A stretch of DNA of 52,773 nucleotides, taken from IMG/VR virus record IMGVR_UViG_3300044675_003531, positions 1 to 52,773 of that record; one strand, given 5' to 3'. The notes below the pieces were generated by a model that did not search any database, was not told the origin of the DNA, and saw only the letters and a program-made list of their open reading frames with translations. Shown here piece after piece: positions 13,701 to 20,628 of the stretch (positions within the stretch are counted from its first letter, which is position 1; each line of letters starts with the position of its first letter). This DNA comes from a virus. Its lineage: Duplodnaviria > Caudoviricetes. The position numbers and the translations under genes were made by a program.

Positions 13701-16700
13701 GGCGTACTCGTTACGGTATCGAAGCGGACGGGGCAATGATTGTCCCATCACTGTCTATCACTCTCAACGAACCGCTGGATTCTGTTGGATTGCGAACACT
13801 CGTGGACAGTGCGCCAGCCATATTCCAAGGTGCAACGCAATCGCCTGACAAGCGAACCCTGACAGTGTTCATGGTTCCAGATGCAAACATTGCAACAGCC
13901 GAGGCAAAGGACTGGACCAATCAAGCGACTACGTTGCTCAATGACTTTGTGCAAACGTACACAACGCCTGCGGATTCCTATTCCGACGATATGCTTGCGC
14001 GGTTGTCTATGGAGGTTGCTCCGGGTGAAGGTTCACCTGCGCACGCTCTGGTCGGCGATGCGTTCTATGAACTGTCTACTGAGAAGCAACATGATGTCAA
14101 TCGCAACTTGACTGAGACCGCTATTCGTGAGGTGGAAGCCATCATGGGTATCAGGTTGAAGTCCGTTGTGTTTGGGCTTGGTGGATGGCAGCACTACCAA
14201 AATGCATCAACTGTCTTGCAGGCAAACCTTACGCCGAAGCAAGCAGAGATTGCAGCGCATATGCTTGGATATACATTGCAGCAAACCGCAGTGTGGTCCA
14301 ATAAAATTAAACCGTTCAGTAAAGCATCATCTGCATATGCAGTGGACTTCATTGAGGTCGGAGGCAAAACTCTTGCCGATAGCGATAAACTTTCGCAAGT
14401 ATGGGCACGGTTGGTGGAAGCCGATGATACATCGACTGACCTTGACAATAAACTATTCCAAGGGTTCCAACCTATCCGTACCGCGACAGGTCAGGTAGGT
14501 ATCCGCGTCATCATCAAGTCTCCTGATGCAAACACAGGCGACCAAGTAGAGCGGTTATTGAATGGGCCAATCAAGAGTGCGGTCAAATCACTTGACATTG
14601 AATTGGACGTAGATGGTTATTCCTGCGACTTAGTGGAGGCAGAGAATGACTGGAAGGAACAACGGAATGGGGAATCTTACGTGGCGCGGTTGGGCGACCT
14701 CTTGGGACCAAGTGCGCAAAGCACCATCGCCAAACTCGATACTGCTCGGCAAAAACTTGAACAGCAACTCAAGTCGGCAATCGACACAACTGGGGTCAAA
14801 CCAAAAGCAATTGCCGCTGGTCGAAGAAGACTCTGGAATCTCGGAAGCGTCGAACTCGGAGCCAAAGGGCGATTCATCGAATATGAAACAGTACGAGATA
14901 TCGTTTCCAACGTCGCCCCGGATGATTCCTTACCGACGGCAGAAAAAGTAGCAAACACGGTCAACCAAGCACAACGTCGGGAGGTTGAGGAAGCGTTGTC
15001 GGTCGTGGCTGGTCAACGTATCAATCTTCCGAAACGGGTGCGGTTCAAGCGTACGCCAGAACACTCCATCTTCCAGATGCACGTTGGGCGGCATTATGAA
15101 AATATGCCTAAGAATGCACTGAAGTCAGACCCATATGTCAAGGTGGCATATGAGGCGTTGGTCAGTGAACTGGATATGCAGTATCGGTCGTTGAACCTGT
15201 CGGTAGACTTCATGCAGCCTGTCCTTGACCGTGACGGAAAGCCAGCAGTTGACGCATCGGGCGACCCGATGTACATAGACCCTTACACCAACGCTGAAGG
15301 CAAACTTGACTCAACACTGGCCATCCGTGATGTCCGTGAGAATCGTCACCTCTACGTGTATCCAACAACGGAAGGAACCGTTGGTGATGCTGGGGACAAG
15401 GCTGACTTTGATTATCTTGCCAAGAATCACCCTCTGTTTCAACAGAGCGGATTCAAAACCAAGACCGGGCAGCCGATGATGTGGAACGACGTGTTACGTG
15501 CTGTTCACGATGCGTTGGCTCACGGCATCTATGGTTCATCGTTCAATGAGAATGGTGAAGAGAATGCGTTCGTTGCACACGCAATCCTGACGCAAAACCC
15601 ATGGGCAATCTGGGCATTGGCAACCGAAACCCGTATGCAAAACTCGTGGGTCCATTACGGACCGCACCGAGTACTTACGGATGGCTCGTTCGTAACAACC
15701 AAGCCAGATGGGTTTGCTTCCCAGAAAGTTGGACTGTCTTCACTGGAGTGCCTGTACACAGGATGCTCTACGGTAGACGACAGGCTGCGAGTATTCAGCC
15801 AAAAACTCCGGACTGACTTTGGTGGATACAACGGAACAATCTCGTACCTGTCTGGACAAACTGGTGCAACTGTTCCGAACATGGGTTCACAGACAGGCGC
15901 AGTTCAATCCGAGATGAAGCGCAAACTGTACATCATGCGTGGGCTACCCGGAAGTGGGAAGTCTACCAAGGCCAGAGAACTTGCTGGCAACCTTGGTCAG
16001 ATTTTCTCTACCGACGAGTACTTCATGCAGGATGGCAAGTATCAGTTTGATGCGAGTCGCCTGCCTGAATACCATCGACGCAACCTTGATGATTCCACGA
16101 TGGCTATGCGTCGCGGTACGGGTGTGGTCGTTATCGACAACACGAACATCGAACCATGGCACTTTGAAAAGTATTTGGAATCGGGACGGCTTTACGGATA
16201 TCAGGTTGAGTTCGTCGAGTTCGACCCGACTAACTATTCGGACGCAAAAATTAAGGAACTGGCATCACGCAACACGCATCAAGTTCCAGAATCCGCAATC
16301 CGCTCAATGCGCGATAAGTGGGTGAAGATAGATGCGAAGAAGTATCGTGACGCTAAGACTATGGCGATGACCGGAACAGACCTGCCTACAGCGATGTCGT
16401 TTGGTCCAACGCTTCTCCATAATGCTGACGCTAAAGAAGCAACCATCGACCTCAAGAACGGAACGGTTGAAGGAAACATCACCCCTCAAGTAATTGATGA
16501 GGCTGGCAACCAGTCCACATTCATTCCGAACCCGAATGGCACTCAAGAAGATATCAACAAGGGTATCTACGAAGAGCCAGACAGTCCGAACTTGATGGCG
16601 CAGACCGGGCGTATCGCTGAAGCCGCACGTCGTGGAGCAGCCGCTGCTGTATCTGCAATGCGTCCTGCACCGGTAACATCGCCAACGACATCGACTCGGA

Positions 16701-18415
16701 CTCAGCCAATCAAGAATCCTGCGGCACGCGCAGTGTTCATCCTGAACCAAATCCTGAAGGCTGGAGCCGCCGGTGATGCTTCACCTGTGCTGATGCAGAA
16801 CTTCCCGTTGGCATTGGATAAACCGGACCTCTTCTTGCGACAACTCCGGTTGCAGGCACAGGTCATCTTCAATCCAAACCTTGGATGGGCTGGGCGTAAT
16901 GGTCGGGCCACTTCAAAGAGCCTGATGTATGGGCGCAAACTGGCCCAAGATGTTTGGGATAACGAAGTCCGCAACCGTGCATCGTACGACTTGGCTAAGG
17001 TGTCCGGACTAAGTGTCTCCGCCATCTCCAATGAGAAGGACCTTGAAGACGCTAAACTGGTTGACCCGCTGATTCAACTGATGGACATCAGTGAACTGGG
17101 ACACAACTCGGATGTTGCTACAGAAGCAGACTTCCTCCAGCACCTGCCGGGTCAGGGCCAGTCAGAACGCTTCTTCATGCTGTCCAAGGACGTAGTCAAG
17201 ATGCGTCAGTTCGATGACATGGTCCAGCACCTTGTGGACATCGGATACAACCCAACGGAGTTCAAGTTGGACAAGGACGGCAAACTCATCGAGACGCACT
17301 GGACCCGTGCAGTCAAGGACATCGCGCATATCCTGAACGTCATCAGTGGCGATGTGCGTATCATCGAAGAGGACGAGACAGACGAAGCGGTCATGCGTAT
17401 CGCTAAACTGTTACTGTTCTCTCCACGGTGGACCGCAAGCCGCCTGATGGTAGACCGTTCGGGCCGTAGTGTGATGTCGTTCGTCGCCAAAAGCGTTCCG
17501 GGTGGAAGCGAGAAGGTAGAACAGATTCTCCGTATGAACGGAATGTCTGAACTGCAACTGAAGAATCGAGACCCTCGAGTTGGTGCCCTTCATGCTCGAT
17601 TGTTGTGGAAATCGTGGTCCCTGTGGCTCGGCGTGCTTGCTGGCATCTACGCCATGCGGGCAACCAATCCACGAACCATGGCCGTGTCCATCGACAAGGG
17701 TGGGACTCGATTCAAGATTGGAGACTACTCTTTCCGGATGCCGGGCGCATTGATGACACAGATTGAAATCATGACATCGGTGATTGATGGCTGGGGTGAA
17801 TGGCAGGCCCAAAAGGGAACCGTGTCAGACAAGCCTCTAGGCTCAGTGGTCTGGGAGAAGGTCAACCAGACATTGATGTCCAGAGCAAGCCCTATCTTGT
17901 CCACAGGGGTGGAAGCCATAACGCAGAGAGACGTGCTTGGGCAACCTGCGTTCGTAACCGATGAGGCCATCAAAGTCTTCTATGAAGAAGTCATGGAGCC
18001 AATGGGACTCAAGGGAGTGCCGTCCGAATGGAACAAGGCCCTGACCAAGCGTGTTATGTGGTGGTGGGTGCGAGACTGTATGGAGATGTATCAAACGCAA
18101 CGCGAGTTTGGTGTCGAGGCATCGGAAGCATTGATTGCCGCAGCCGCGACGGCAGCCTACTCCGCAGAAGGTGGACGTGTCAATTACTTCCCCAAAGCAT
18201 TGACGCAGAGAATCAAGGCTGGCCAGAAAATGGAAACCCAGTTCGACGCACCGACAGACTTCTTCACGGGAGGTAAGGCGGTCATCCCAGAGGTGGACCT
18301 CTTCAATCCTGATAAGGGACCGCAGCCACAGGACATCAGAGAGCCGCTCTTTGGTGGAACAGGAACGGACCTGAACGCAGACATCCTGCGGAGAACAGAA
18401 CCGCCTAAGAAGTAA
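1796..18415 (+). CDS. Giant (5539 aa) polyvalent internal-virion/DNA-ejection protein
   Basis: Uninterrupted ORF. N-terminal Gly/Ala hydrophobic segment (~2470-2640); FVHEVAH...EEFA zincin motif (7136-7290); ATSPQ/KARNF/TIDVW/LQAVVW motifs (10110-11430); RAVHDALAH...GEENA...TETRMQNSW (15485-15660); P-loop RGLPGSGKST (15917-16324); LPD38-like C-terminus (RASPILSTGVEAITQRDVLGQP). Confidence 0.8.
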   Translation: MATEQQRKAFRGALSQLLKNEQYLFSTQGKTQLADFLKQGKTLGVVDDDLIKGIETYKSSRLQQIQNTPLVNPQTGQPALKVNARGQTVPQTGKDLFVGGQFVPQANAQQVAQARAQQLGEQTQRTQADLARLKGVTDVLAPPMSDVGGNMRQFGAAVQGVMGGIGEGAKATNLLGIGSLSKALGRGPMSAAELQAGLQQTSVNELTPENALEDLSKPARFGGFRFGQGVGGTIGGMVGSEIGAAAMTASGIGKTAAAPFVLPLAAAAASFGGGAVANYLSEGAMKGTYGEQGYKDVLRALQAAEQENPGIGMAADFGNVLLQGNPVLTSGTGARQTLGMIGKSVLGNAPSYIRGTASQLGANAPKIANAIEAGVALPQAAASVTKYDTLVSNFLRKTGAASGEAIDRYATFTPTGGLGSRIKQFGQFSRDTPGVNEFLADAIGEQAVNFGQAGADYYKELREAQETGAEPPSATKALANLAFGSLFIGNNKITENFGGKVRGIGSLGLDIAGKVPGVSRGVDALRNRYNENLAFQNLQGRRADVLRGITSEAPTDTELASGIRSRIGVAPGATPAAPVVAPEERPISLGAGRVALWNSTSQTARIVPFASVYGGIDDAANVDDGKAIGAGISTLETVNPNRGINRFIPGQGEQVLPTEGPSKQQVVGATDTGHVMVREVPVSAEGGRTQSPVYDIVRIEDLEEKNKARGLAILETAGIPANTEMYEATATGPMGGTAFDQITGFQRGVEAIGTSVTTAINKEFPTVVQFGQGQELRGRIVGVENNKDIQFQLMTPGMSIVRVDPGNILKDATSPKEPMAIADILSESDLSDKARPKPSKSYDVFDGSQTKFHTVLGGNVHLTTEQQAKIGPAVAAIAAAKRDAATRSTDARIINQAVTNETNKQLKDIFGGRVQPVDARNDYEIGTPIIVNGPNGREVGLVIDNADAGPVVHLDSMDGDPVVIQESDVVSGTPIARPEPETRATTTEESSAAIPARTERDLYSENFFQDMADITDKKAKAMFIARQLLKRKEDEDGGYPVPPALQRVLGFAVNAEGKVNATDAQVQQRVNALYNAMVFQYNRAGRSAPTESEKAEILDALNYLDDMEKQAMDDPTRIKTRARRPATGAAAASAAASATTTTPIARRTATAAARPARAAVATPEPAITVEGADATASTTAPMPAAVETPAPTAVSPLGLNPAEQAVYDAVKKLLEPRPVEGRPPFVNYGAAMLEASGKGSDDRGVWGDQSDAYRKAIRELFKEADAELIEPKVGDPVEADSAGKYPFDVLWINPAPDGSLPKTVARVMGPGVIFPEFVMGETKRSTFPPKIGVGVPEAGRVPEPFTDTVVETPTPLDLTPENPVVVAAELGVTPPSPEADENIVDSPAASADIALTSLQARTLAGLVPSVNGRNVFATRQRDGQPRQYNQAQEIVRKLIKGLTLTRQEKALATDLDFPDYDGNQAWYRNAYQGIQYLNDGQVRGIVSGLITWMDQSPSNTLQKALAVLTDGQKSKLQSAMFIDENGNFDARSLVIYGRTERGLVFGALAQSSTNTATANVGDLPNQMIAGTSGKIQDFLGIANLDFGTFRVTSKASFTAALTGIMKKTRQGKTESAETLEIQAKAVADMFDTFVHGATARRVDLMMEGVNKGYFSTRSQAGQVRTLAGTRSSTVEFTQSVEEDLRPLYNRLREILGLSRQSNLATYLTKPQHAVAVANAYAQLAEEESKRFYSERLPAFANFDVLPDVVDANGALLNIYDPDQQTALSVIMAFSAADVSTFVHEVAHAYLEALPLPLQQDISSGFSRSLRAPTLSHPSVLSYEVQEEFAYGLEMTLANRADEYWKGTNLGADRGATIPLKKVLKAVSDAVKATYVSLVNSAVVHAEDGVLTRDWAVPYTRSPQDNPTGRVKLWMNAPVILHDGSYAIVKESFGTTKNGKRLVRIEQNAIPIDIPNGEIKAIGAPTRGLTPAVMQIMSMWIGYSTDATKGKVTSTPEARMTSIVWDGDKVVHINRSGPVTSGDITSSNVNNILTALGITDIADLQHRIIFERVGRAALRDMNNRLPDINRKFSNGTAPLTQEDNQLRALASAYAEARLAARLTDVANRGNITQQDRAKKAIAGAPDSTRSLGGRRYWAAVSAIERQIHANRSVLGTVARDIAAITTKSRTNWAIKRDGNKFAYNSQTGEVTIVKKERRGGQTREVEYKVNLKTGAVQRPDTATPVIVPDTFYYHDPQFRTRMPGGLISDINAQVETDLKAVGLDGAYTMRVAEPEFHIARALVSVMMPEGIPTSPSVVFQSSGVSTRDNEEATPMVQLSRDQQKAFVTPSIAVAPVPTGNALVTMQEAEAIGRADQAMQQSAGVKVVSQSPEVRQRQAQFVQGIIDRLTTDIDKKLDAARSVYEKKNAGETPVLYAYEAYELRDVYDVERGEPMTEMEVTESGESIPKLRWDAKAMDYVPVTKTARVRTTIYSYEDLTKLKVPVKQSANLYETDRHSSSTESTSKEFKRLEFGSDRPIWINIKGKEVPSKNKAKVVSTMVGNIEGRVRDVATRWTSEYNDALAGDAINPTEAWKPQEFDAEVKMRESDGITILAPSVKVRGQGYAIDTVEGNKGWNSLTTKEIKQPLSITQARKELLDIRKVDGTENKHHAISYPIEVDAKGKPSKWGYSLMVRTTDVDAKTGTFQWKIENDWGPLNTGFASSKDALKEAQIEHDKLFGLAREKQEEEVSRHIAREVIDIIDAGRKALDKWNADNNYKFTAEEANAVNILRQFRWYKGMEERLKGTYGQFTTVMADVLGATSPQTPVWQNYAATLYLMQGDKGAHSRRVKLSAQSIARNPDLLNYFPDDSSQKKAMVVVKADMSRTITVLKMHSILVKALDKSFGTNPQLTVDGLREQIADRLRSVYERDGVDDTSAAEADLFMSLMERDVPAAKRQETLDQFNRYADKSLPSRMGGTIKKDTQFRSFVNEVEDWISPKGEITKFGGKTAVTTKLADIPKGIKLSLSETIVPRNLVTGALYGSNSGNILMALTNEWLTVTEGMSAKARNFAMNFVGLSRGATIDVWAARLTRRHLNEVYMGVYTTRDGESRVEDVARYGAWSQLPESERKQFFRMSPLQEQGVAGGYVTNLPKKVSSNGYFTETDAETDPVKFAPANREQVDVTNAEFIGEFGMANRVFDRTAELINGYIGEAGFMSPADLQAVVWFAEKERWVQNGWTTAAGAGGSFEQMYHEMMERAGAYERVSGTVYQPRMRMRGAAAANLSVDEQKSLFDIATWPFLRHRRDSYQEGMGDLQREELVDGTNRHPVQSVQALAVTVSNDGMYTESAENANKTNLSVTYLTGAGREAKERSYTEPIPTVIVPEADADIMFKGMTNSSRTIYLPVENSSRVLSGLHNYAVGARTSFGIAGTNGTRLLGTGVIDAVAILDAADVPDDAPAKVKHQSEKYVRIQLAETQPMTDSDVYLWNNSGRSEKLDTRTNEYTWGLPLQAFDSAPSFNADADRGVSENRVYVGQIPLGAIKNANGKKEKKNILPKPAGIPAAHPANRVMVIESTASLLSAMRDATDVFMTTTRAVASADDPYASFLDVPSSAIGKVPMGEAWKNSKPDSNMRFGAYMLLRMPVGAERLIAGSRQAADNAHRRLMTSLRDSMPDVGYMVRIDADVRDWVSDITGNVGMPYVEIVFSPEEFIRNYNPITEVNGELPANAAERSALFNAYINGDIDAIRAAEEKFADAYESWMRRVTTDPDLSAQVMLPGLTVYDLQVIPKEKLLNAPSIREFAVSEVERQAANTNIGNAVREYAEAIGKTVDVEITDEFYASPDQPRVAQPDSILEDWSDFREYTVMAQSGRPRIAEVTVSAYAGESRMGFQNIYSAALSDIRNGSYAEAQRKFGVISEAAGIELENAFGEFATSMSADITASVIAGDAKPSVTATVSVTADRLGTVIGRAALIGRKLGQANTFVTEKAGRTRYGIEADGAMIVPSLSITLNEPLDSVGLRTLVDSAPAIFQGATQSPDKRTLTVFMVPDANIATAEAKDWTNQATTLLNDFVQTYTTPADSYSDDMLARLSMEVAPGEGSPAHALVGDAFYELSTEKQHDVNRNLTETAIREVEAIMGIRLKSVVFGLGGWQHYQNASTVLQANLTPKQAEIAAHMLGYTLQQTAVWSNKIKPFSKASSAYAVDFIEVGGKTLADSDKLSQVWARLVEADDTSTDLDNKLFQGFQPIRTATGQVGIRVIIKSPDANTGDQVERLLNGPIKSAVKSLDIELDVDGYSCDLVEAENDWKEQRNGESYVARLGDLLGPSAQSTIAKLDTARQKLEQQLKSAIDTTGVKPKAIAAGRRRLWNLGSVELGAKGRFIEYETVRDIVSNVAPDDSLPTAEKVANTVNQAQRREVEEALSVVAGQRINLPKRVRFKRTPEHSIFQMHVGRHYENMPKNALKSDPYVKVAYEALVSELDMQYRSLNLSVDFMQPVLDRDGKPAVDASGDPMYIDPYTNAEGKLDSTLAIRDVRENRHLYVYPTTEGTVGDAGDKADFDYLAKNHPLFQQSGFKTKTGQPMMWNDVLRAVHDALAHGIYGSSFNENGEENAFVAHAILTQNPWAIWALATETRMQNSWVHYGPHRVLTDGSFVTTKPDGFASQKVGLSSLECLYTGCSTVDDRLRVFSQKLRTDFGGYNGTISYLSGQTGATVPNMGSQTGAVQSEMKRKLYIMRGLPGSGKSTKARELAGNLGQIFSTDEYFMQDGKYQFDASRLPEYHRRNLDDSTMAMRRGTGVVVIDNTNIEPWHFEKYLESGRLYGYQVEFVEFDPTNYSDAKIKELASRNTHQVPESAIRSMRDKWVKIDAKKYRDAKTMAMTGTDLPTAMSFGPTLLHNADAKEATIDLKNGTVEGNITPQVIDEAGNQSTFIPNPNGTQEDINKGIYEEPDSPNLMAQTGRIAEAARRGAAAAVSAMRPAPVTSPTTSTRTQPIKNPAARAVFILNQILKAGAAGDASPVLMQNFPLALDKPDLFLRQLRLQAQVIFNPNLGWAGRNGRATSKSLMYGRKLAQDVWDNEVRNRASYDLAKVSGLSVSAISNEKDLEDAKLVDPLIQLMDISELGHNSDVATEADFLQHLPGQGQSERFFMLSKDVVKMRQFDDMVQHLVDIGYNPTEFKLDKDGKLIETHWTRAVKDIAHILNVISGDVRIIEEDETDEAVMRIAKLLLFSPRWTASRLMVDRSGRSVMSFVAKSVPGGSEKVEQILRMNGMSELQLKNRDPRVGALHARLLWKSWSLWLGVLAGIYAMRATNPRTMAVSIDKGGTRFKIGDYSFRMPGALMTQIEIMTSVIDGWGEWQAQKGTVSDKPLGSVVWEKVNQTLMSRASPILSTGVEAITQRDVLGQPAFVTDEAIKVFYEEVMEPMGLKGVPSEWNKALTKRVMWWWVRDCMEMYQTQREFGVEASEALIAAAATAAYSAEGGRVNYFPKALTQRIKAGQKMETQFDAPTDFFTGGKAVIPEVDLFNPDKGPQPQDIREPLFGGTGTDLNADILRRTEPPKK

Positions 18416-18417
18416 AC

Positions 18418-18451
18418 AAAAGCCCCGGGCATCACGCTCGGGGCTTCTCTT
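18418..18451. terminator. Bidirectional intrinsic terminator between convergent units
   Basis: AAGCCCCGGGC-ATCAC-GCTCGGGGCTT stem with an A-tract on the left and a T-rich tail on the right, between two stop codons. Confidence 0.8.
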
Positions 18452-18684
18452 TATTCTCCGTCCTCGGTCCTGAACCGGATGCCTTGGTCCAGTAGTTCCT
18501 TGGCTTCATATACGCTCTTGGCTCTCAGTGCTTTAAACGCCCGGTACAACGCGTCGTCCAGAGTTCGCTTATTGATGCCGAGGTCCTCTGCGGCCAAACC
18601 TCGATGCCCAACCTCAGCAACTTTGTTGATAATGAGTCGCTGGTAGTTGCTCACCTTGCCGATACCCGTCAATGTCTTTGCCAT
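18451..18684 (-). CDS. Small HTH protein (LuxR/sigma region 4-like)
   Basis: AAEDLGINKRTLDDALYRAFKAL HTH pattern; GGAGAG RBS before the ATG at 18684. Confidence 0.6.
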   Translation of the reverse strand: MAKTLTGIGKVSNYQRLIINKVAEVGHRGLAAEDLGINKRTLDDALYRAFKALRAKSVYEAKELLDQGIRFRTEDGE

Positions 18685-18685
18685 G

Positions 18686-19201
18686 TTACTCTCCAATCAT
18701 CCGAATGGTTGCCCCTTCAATGGCAAGCATCGGTTCAGTAAGGACCTCGTCTACACGAGGGTCGTCGTCGATGTTTTCCTGTACGGATTCCACCGCACGG
18801 ACCAGCCTGTCCTCGGCCATCATCCCGATGTTGTTCCATCCGCCAAGGTTGGCCACCAGAATCGGAACAGCAGGGCTGACCTTGCCTTCCTTGACCATCC
18901 GCTCGGTGTACTCTCTGCGGGTGGCTGGTGGGGCGTACAGGACGATGTGGCGAATCTGCTGGGCCGCCTGTCCGGTCGGGACCTTGACTCGCTTCAGGGA
19001 CAACGCGACCTCACGGAGTTCGCTGACCGTCGGACGGAACTTCTTGGTCATCAAGCAGTGCATGACGGACCGTTCCACGAGGTCGTCTGACCACTTCTGC
19101 ATCCCGATGGCATACACGGTTGCCATGCGCTCGTCCCAAGGTTGGCCTGATGGCATCGTACTCAAGATGTTGGCGGCTGTTGCAAATGATTTCTCTGTCA
19201 T
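18686..19201 (-). CDS. Putative helicase loader/inhibitor (G39P-like)
   Basis: Lies directly downstream of the initiator; VMHCLMTKKFRPTVSELRE pattern; GAGGAG RBS before the ATG at 19201. Confidence 0.5.
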   Translation of the reverse strand: MTEKSFATAANILSTMPSGQPWDERMATVYAIGMQKWSDDLVERSVMHCLMTKKFRPTVSELREVALSLKRVKVPTGQAAQQIRHIVLYAPPATRREYTERMVKEGKVSPAVPILVANLGGWNNIGMMAEDRLVRAVESVQENIDDDPRVDEVLTEPMLAIEGATIRMIGE

Positions 19202-19203
19202 CG

Positions 19204-20025
19204 TTATTCTCCTCTCACACGGCGCAGGGCGGCGATAGCACCCTCCGTGATGTCCATGACCGCTTCCTGTGCAGTCGGCTTGGTTGTCGCTGTTCCTGTG
19301 GTGGCCGCGCTCCAGTGGTTCCACAGGCTGTTCATCGTAACCATCTCACGCTTGGCCCATTTGCGTATCAGGTTCTCTGTTGACTGTCGCACTTGGTCCG
19401 GCGTGATGTCTGCATGAGACATCTGGTAGGCGATGTGCTTGACTCGGTTCCACTCTCCCAGTGTGAACTCTGATGCAATGAGTTCAGGGTAGGCCGTCAC
19501 ACGGTAGGCCTCGAATATCAACCGTCCCGCATCATCAGGTCCGGGAAGTGCGGACTTCTTTATACTCTTAGTTCCTTGTGATTCTCGTTCCTTATGATTC
19601 TTGTTAATAGGGGTATCGTTTTTGATACCCTCCACCCTACTAGATTTGATACCCTCCCCCGTATCACTTTTGAAACCCTCCGCATCCGGAAACAGGATGT
19701 ATCCGTTGGATGTCTGCCGCCCAGATGCATCGTGTCGGACCTTCTTGGCGAGGACCTTGGAACCGGAAATGGTTATGTTGCACAGGCTCTCAATCGACCG
19801 TCGCACCGTTGCTTCCGAGAGGCCGGTAGTGGCCACCAACTTGCCCATACTGGGCCAGCAGAAGCCCGTGCTGTCCATGTGGAGGGCCAGCGTTGTGAAC
19901 ACCATCCAGTCGCTGGACCCGAACTCCTTCAGGTGCGGCATGATGGTGTGGTGAACCTGCACGAACGTATCAGCAGGCGTTGAATGCAACAGGGTCCGAG
20001 ACCCGCCATTGAATATAGAAATCAC
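19204..20025 (-). CDS. Phage replication initiator with N-terminal winged HTH (HTH_36-like)
   Basis: ALHMDSTGFCWPSMGKLVATTGLSEATVRRSIESL; repetitive central linker (EGFKSDT/EGIKSSR/EGIKNDT) encoded by iterons. Confidence 0.8.
   Translation of the reverse strand: MISIFNGGSRTLLHSTPADTFVQVHHTIMPHLKEFGSSDWMVFTTLALHMDSTGFCWPSMGKLVATTGLSEATVRRSIESLCNITISGSKVLAKKVRHDASGRQTSNGYILFPDAEGFKSDTGEGIKSSRVEGIKNDTPINKNHKERESQGTKSIKKSALPGPDDAGRLIFEAYRVTAYPELIASEFTLGEWNRVKHIAYQMSHADITPDQVRQSTENLIRKWAKREMVTMNSLWNHWSAATTGTATTKPTAQEAVMDITEGAIAALRRVRGE
19561..19681 (-). promoter_or_regulatory. Putative replication origin inside the initiator gene
   Basis: Three GGAGGGTWTCAAA iterons (19621-33, 19645-57, 19669-81; 24-bp period) followed by an A-rich tract, as in lambda O-gene origins. 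Confidence 0.65.
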
Positions 20026-20028
20026 GCG

Positions 20029-20628
20029 TCACTCTCCTCCTCGCGTTCTATGCGGACAGCCCTCACACAGGATGCAGTCCAGCCCGGTTGCCTCGACCTC
20101 CACCGAGTCTCCCGGGTTATTACTCTCGGCCTTCGCACGGGCCTTGGCGTAAGCCTCCAGCACCGTCTGGGCCTCGGCAGGCGTGATGCCCGCAGGAACC
20201 GTCACAGAGGCCGTAGAGCGGCTCTCACGGCCGGACAGGTGCTGTTGCAGGGTAGAGGCTGATGCCTCGTGTTCTATGGCCCATTGCAGCGCGTCCACTT
20301 GTTCATCCGGCGGCAGGCCAGCCACCGCACGGTGATGCGTCCAAGACAGGCCCTGTATCCGGTTGTGGACCGGAACGTGCTTGGATACCCAGACACAGTT
20401 GGCCAGCGTCTGATACGCCATGCCGGTCAGGTCCATCGCTTGGCTGTACTTCTCGCCGTAGGTTGCCTCGCCGTAGACCAGAGCATCCCCGATGGCGAAC
20501 TGGACCGCCGTGTCGAGGGTGGATAGGGTCTGCACGAGGTTCAGCCATGCGTCGTAGGCAAGCGGCCCTGTGAAGGTCAGCCCGACCGAGGTCAGGCTGA
20601 CGTTAGGGGTTGCTAGGATGTCACTCAC
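20029..20628 (-). CDS. LmbU-like DNA-binding protein
   Basis: QFAIGDALVYGEATYGEKYSQAMDLTGMAYQTLANCVWVS...RIQGLSWTHHRAVA signature. Confidence 0.7.
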   Translation of the reverse strand: MSDILATPNVSLTSVGLTFTGPLAYDAWLNLVQTLSTLDTAVQFAIGDALVYGEATYGEKYSQAMDLTGMAYQTLANCVWVSKHVPVHNRIQGLSWTHHRAVAGLPPDEQVDALQWAIEHEASASTLQQHLSGRESRSTASVTVPAGITPAEAQTVLEAYAKARAKAESNNPGDSVEVEATGLDCILCEGCPHRTRGGE

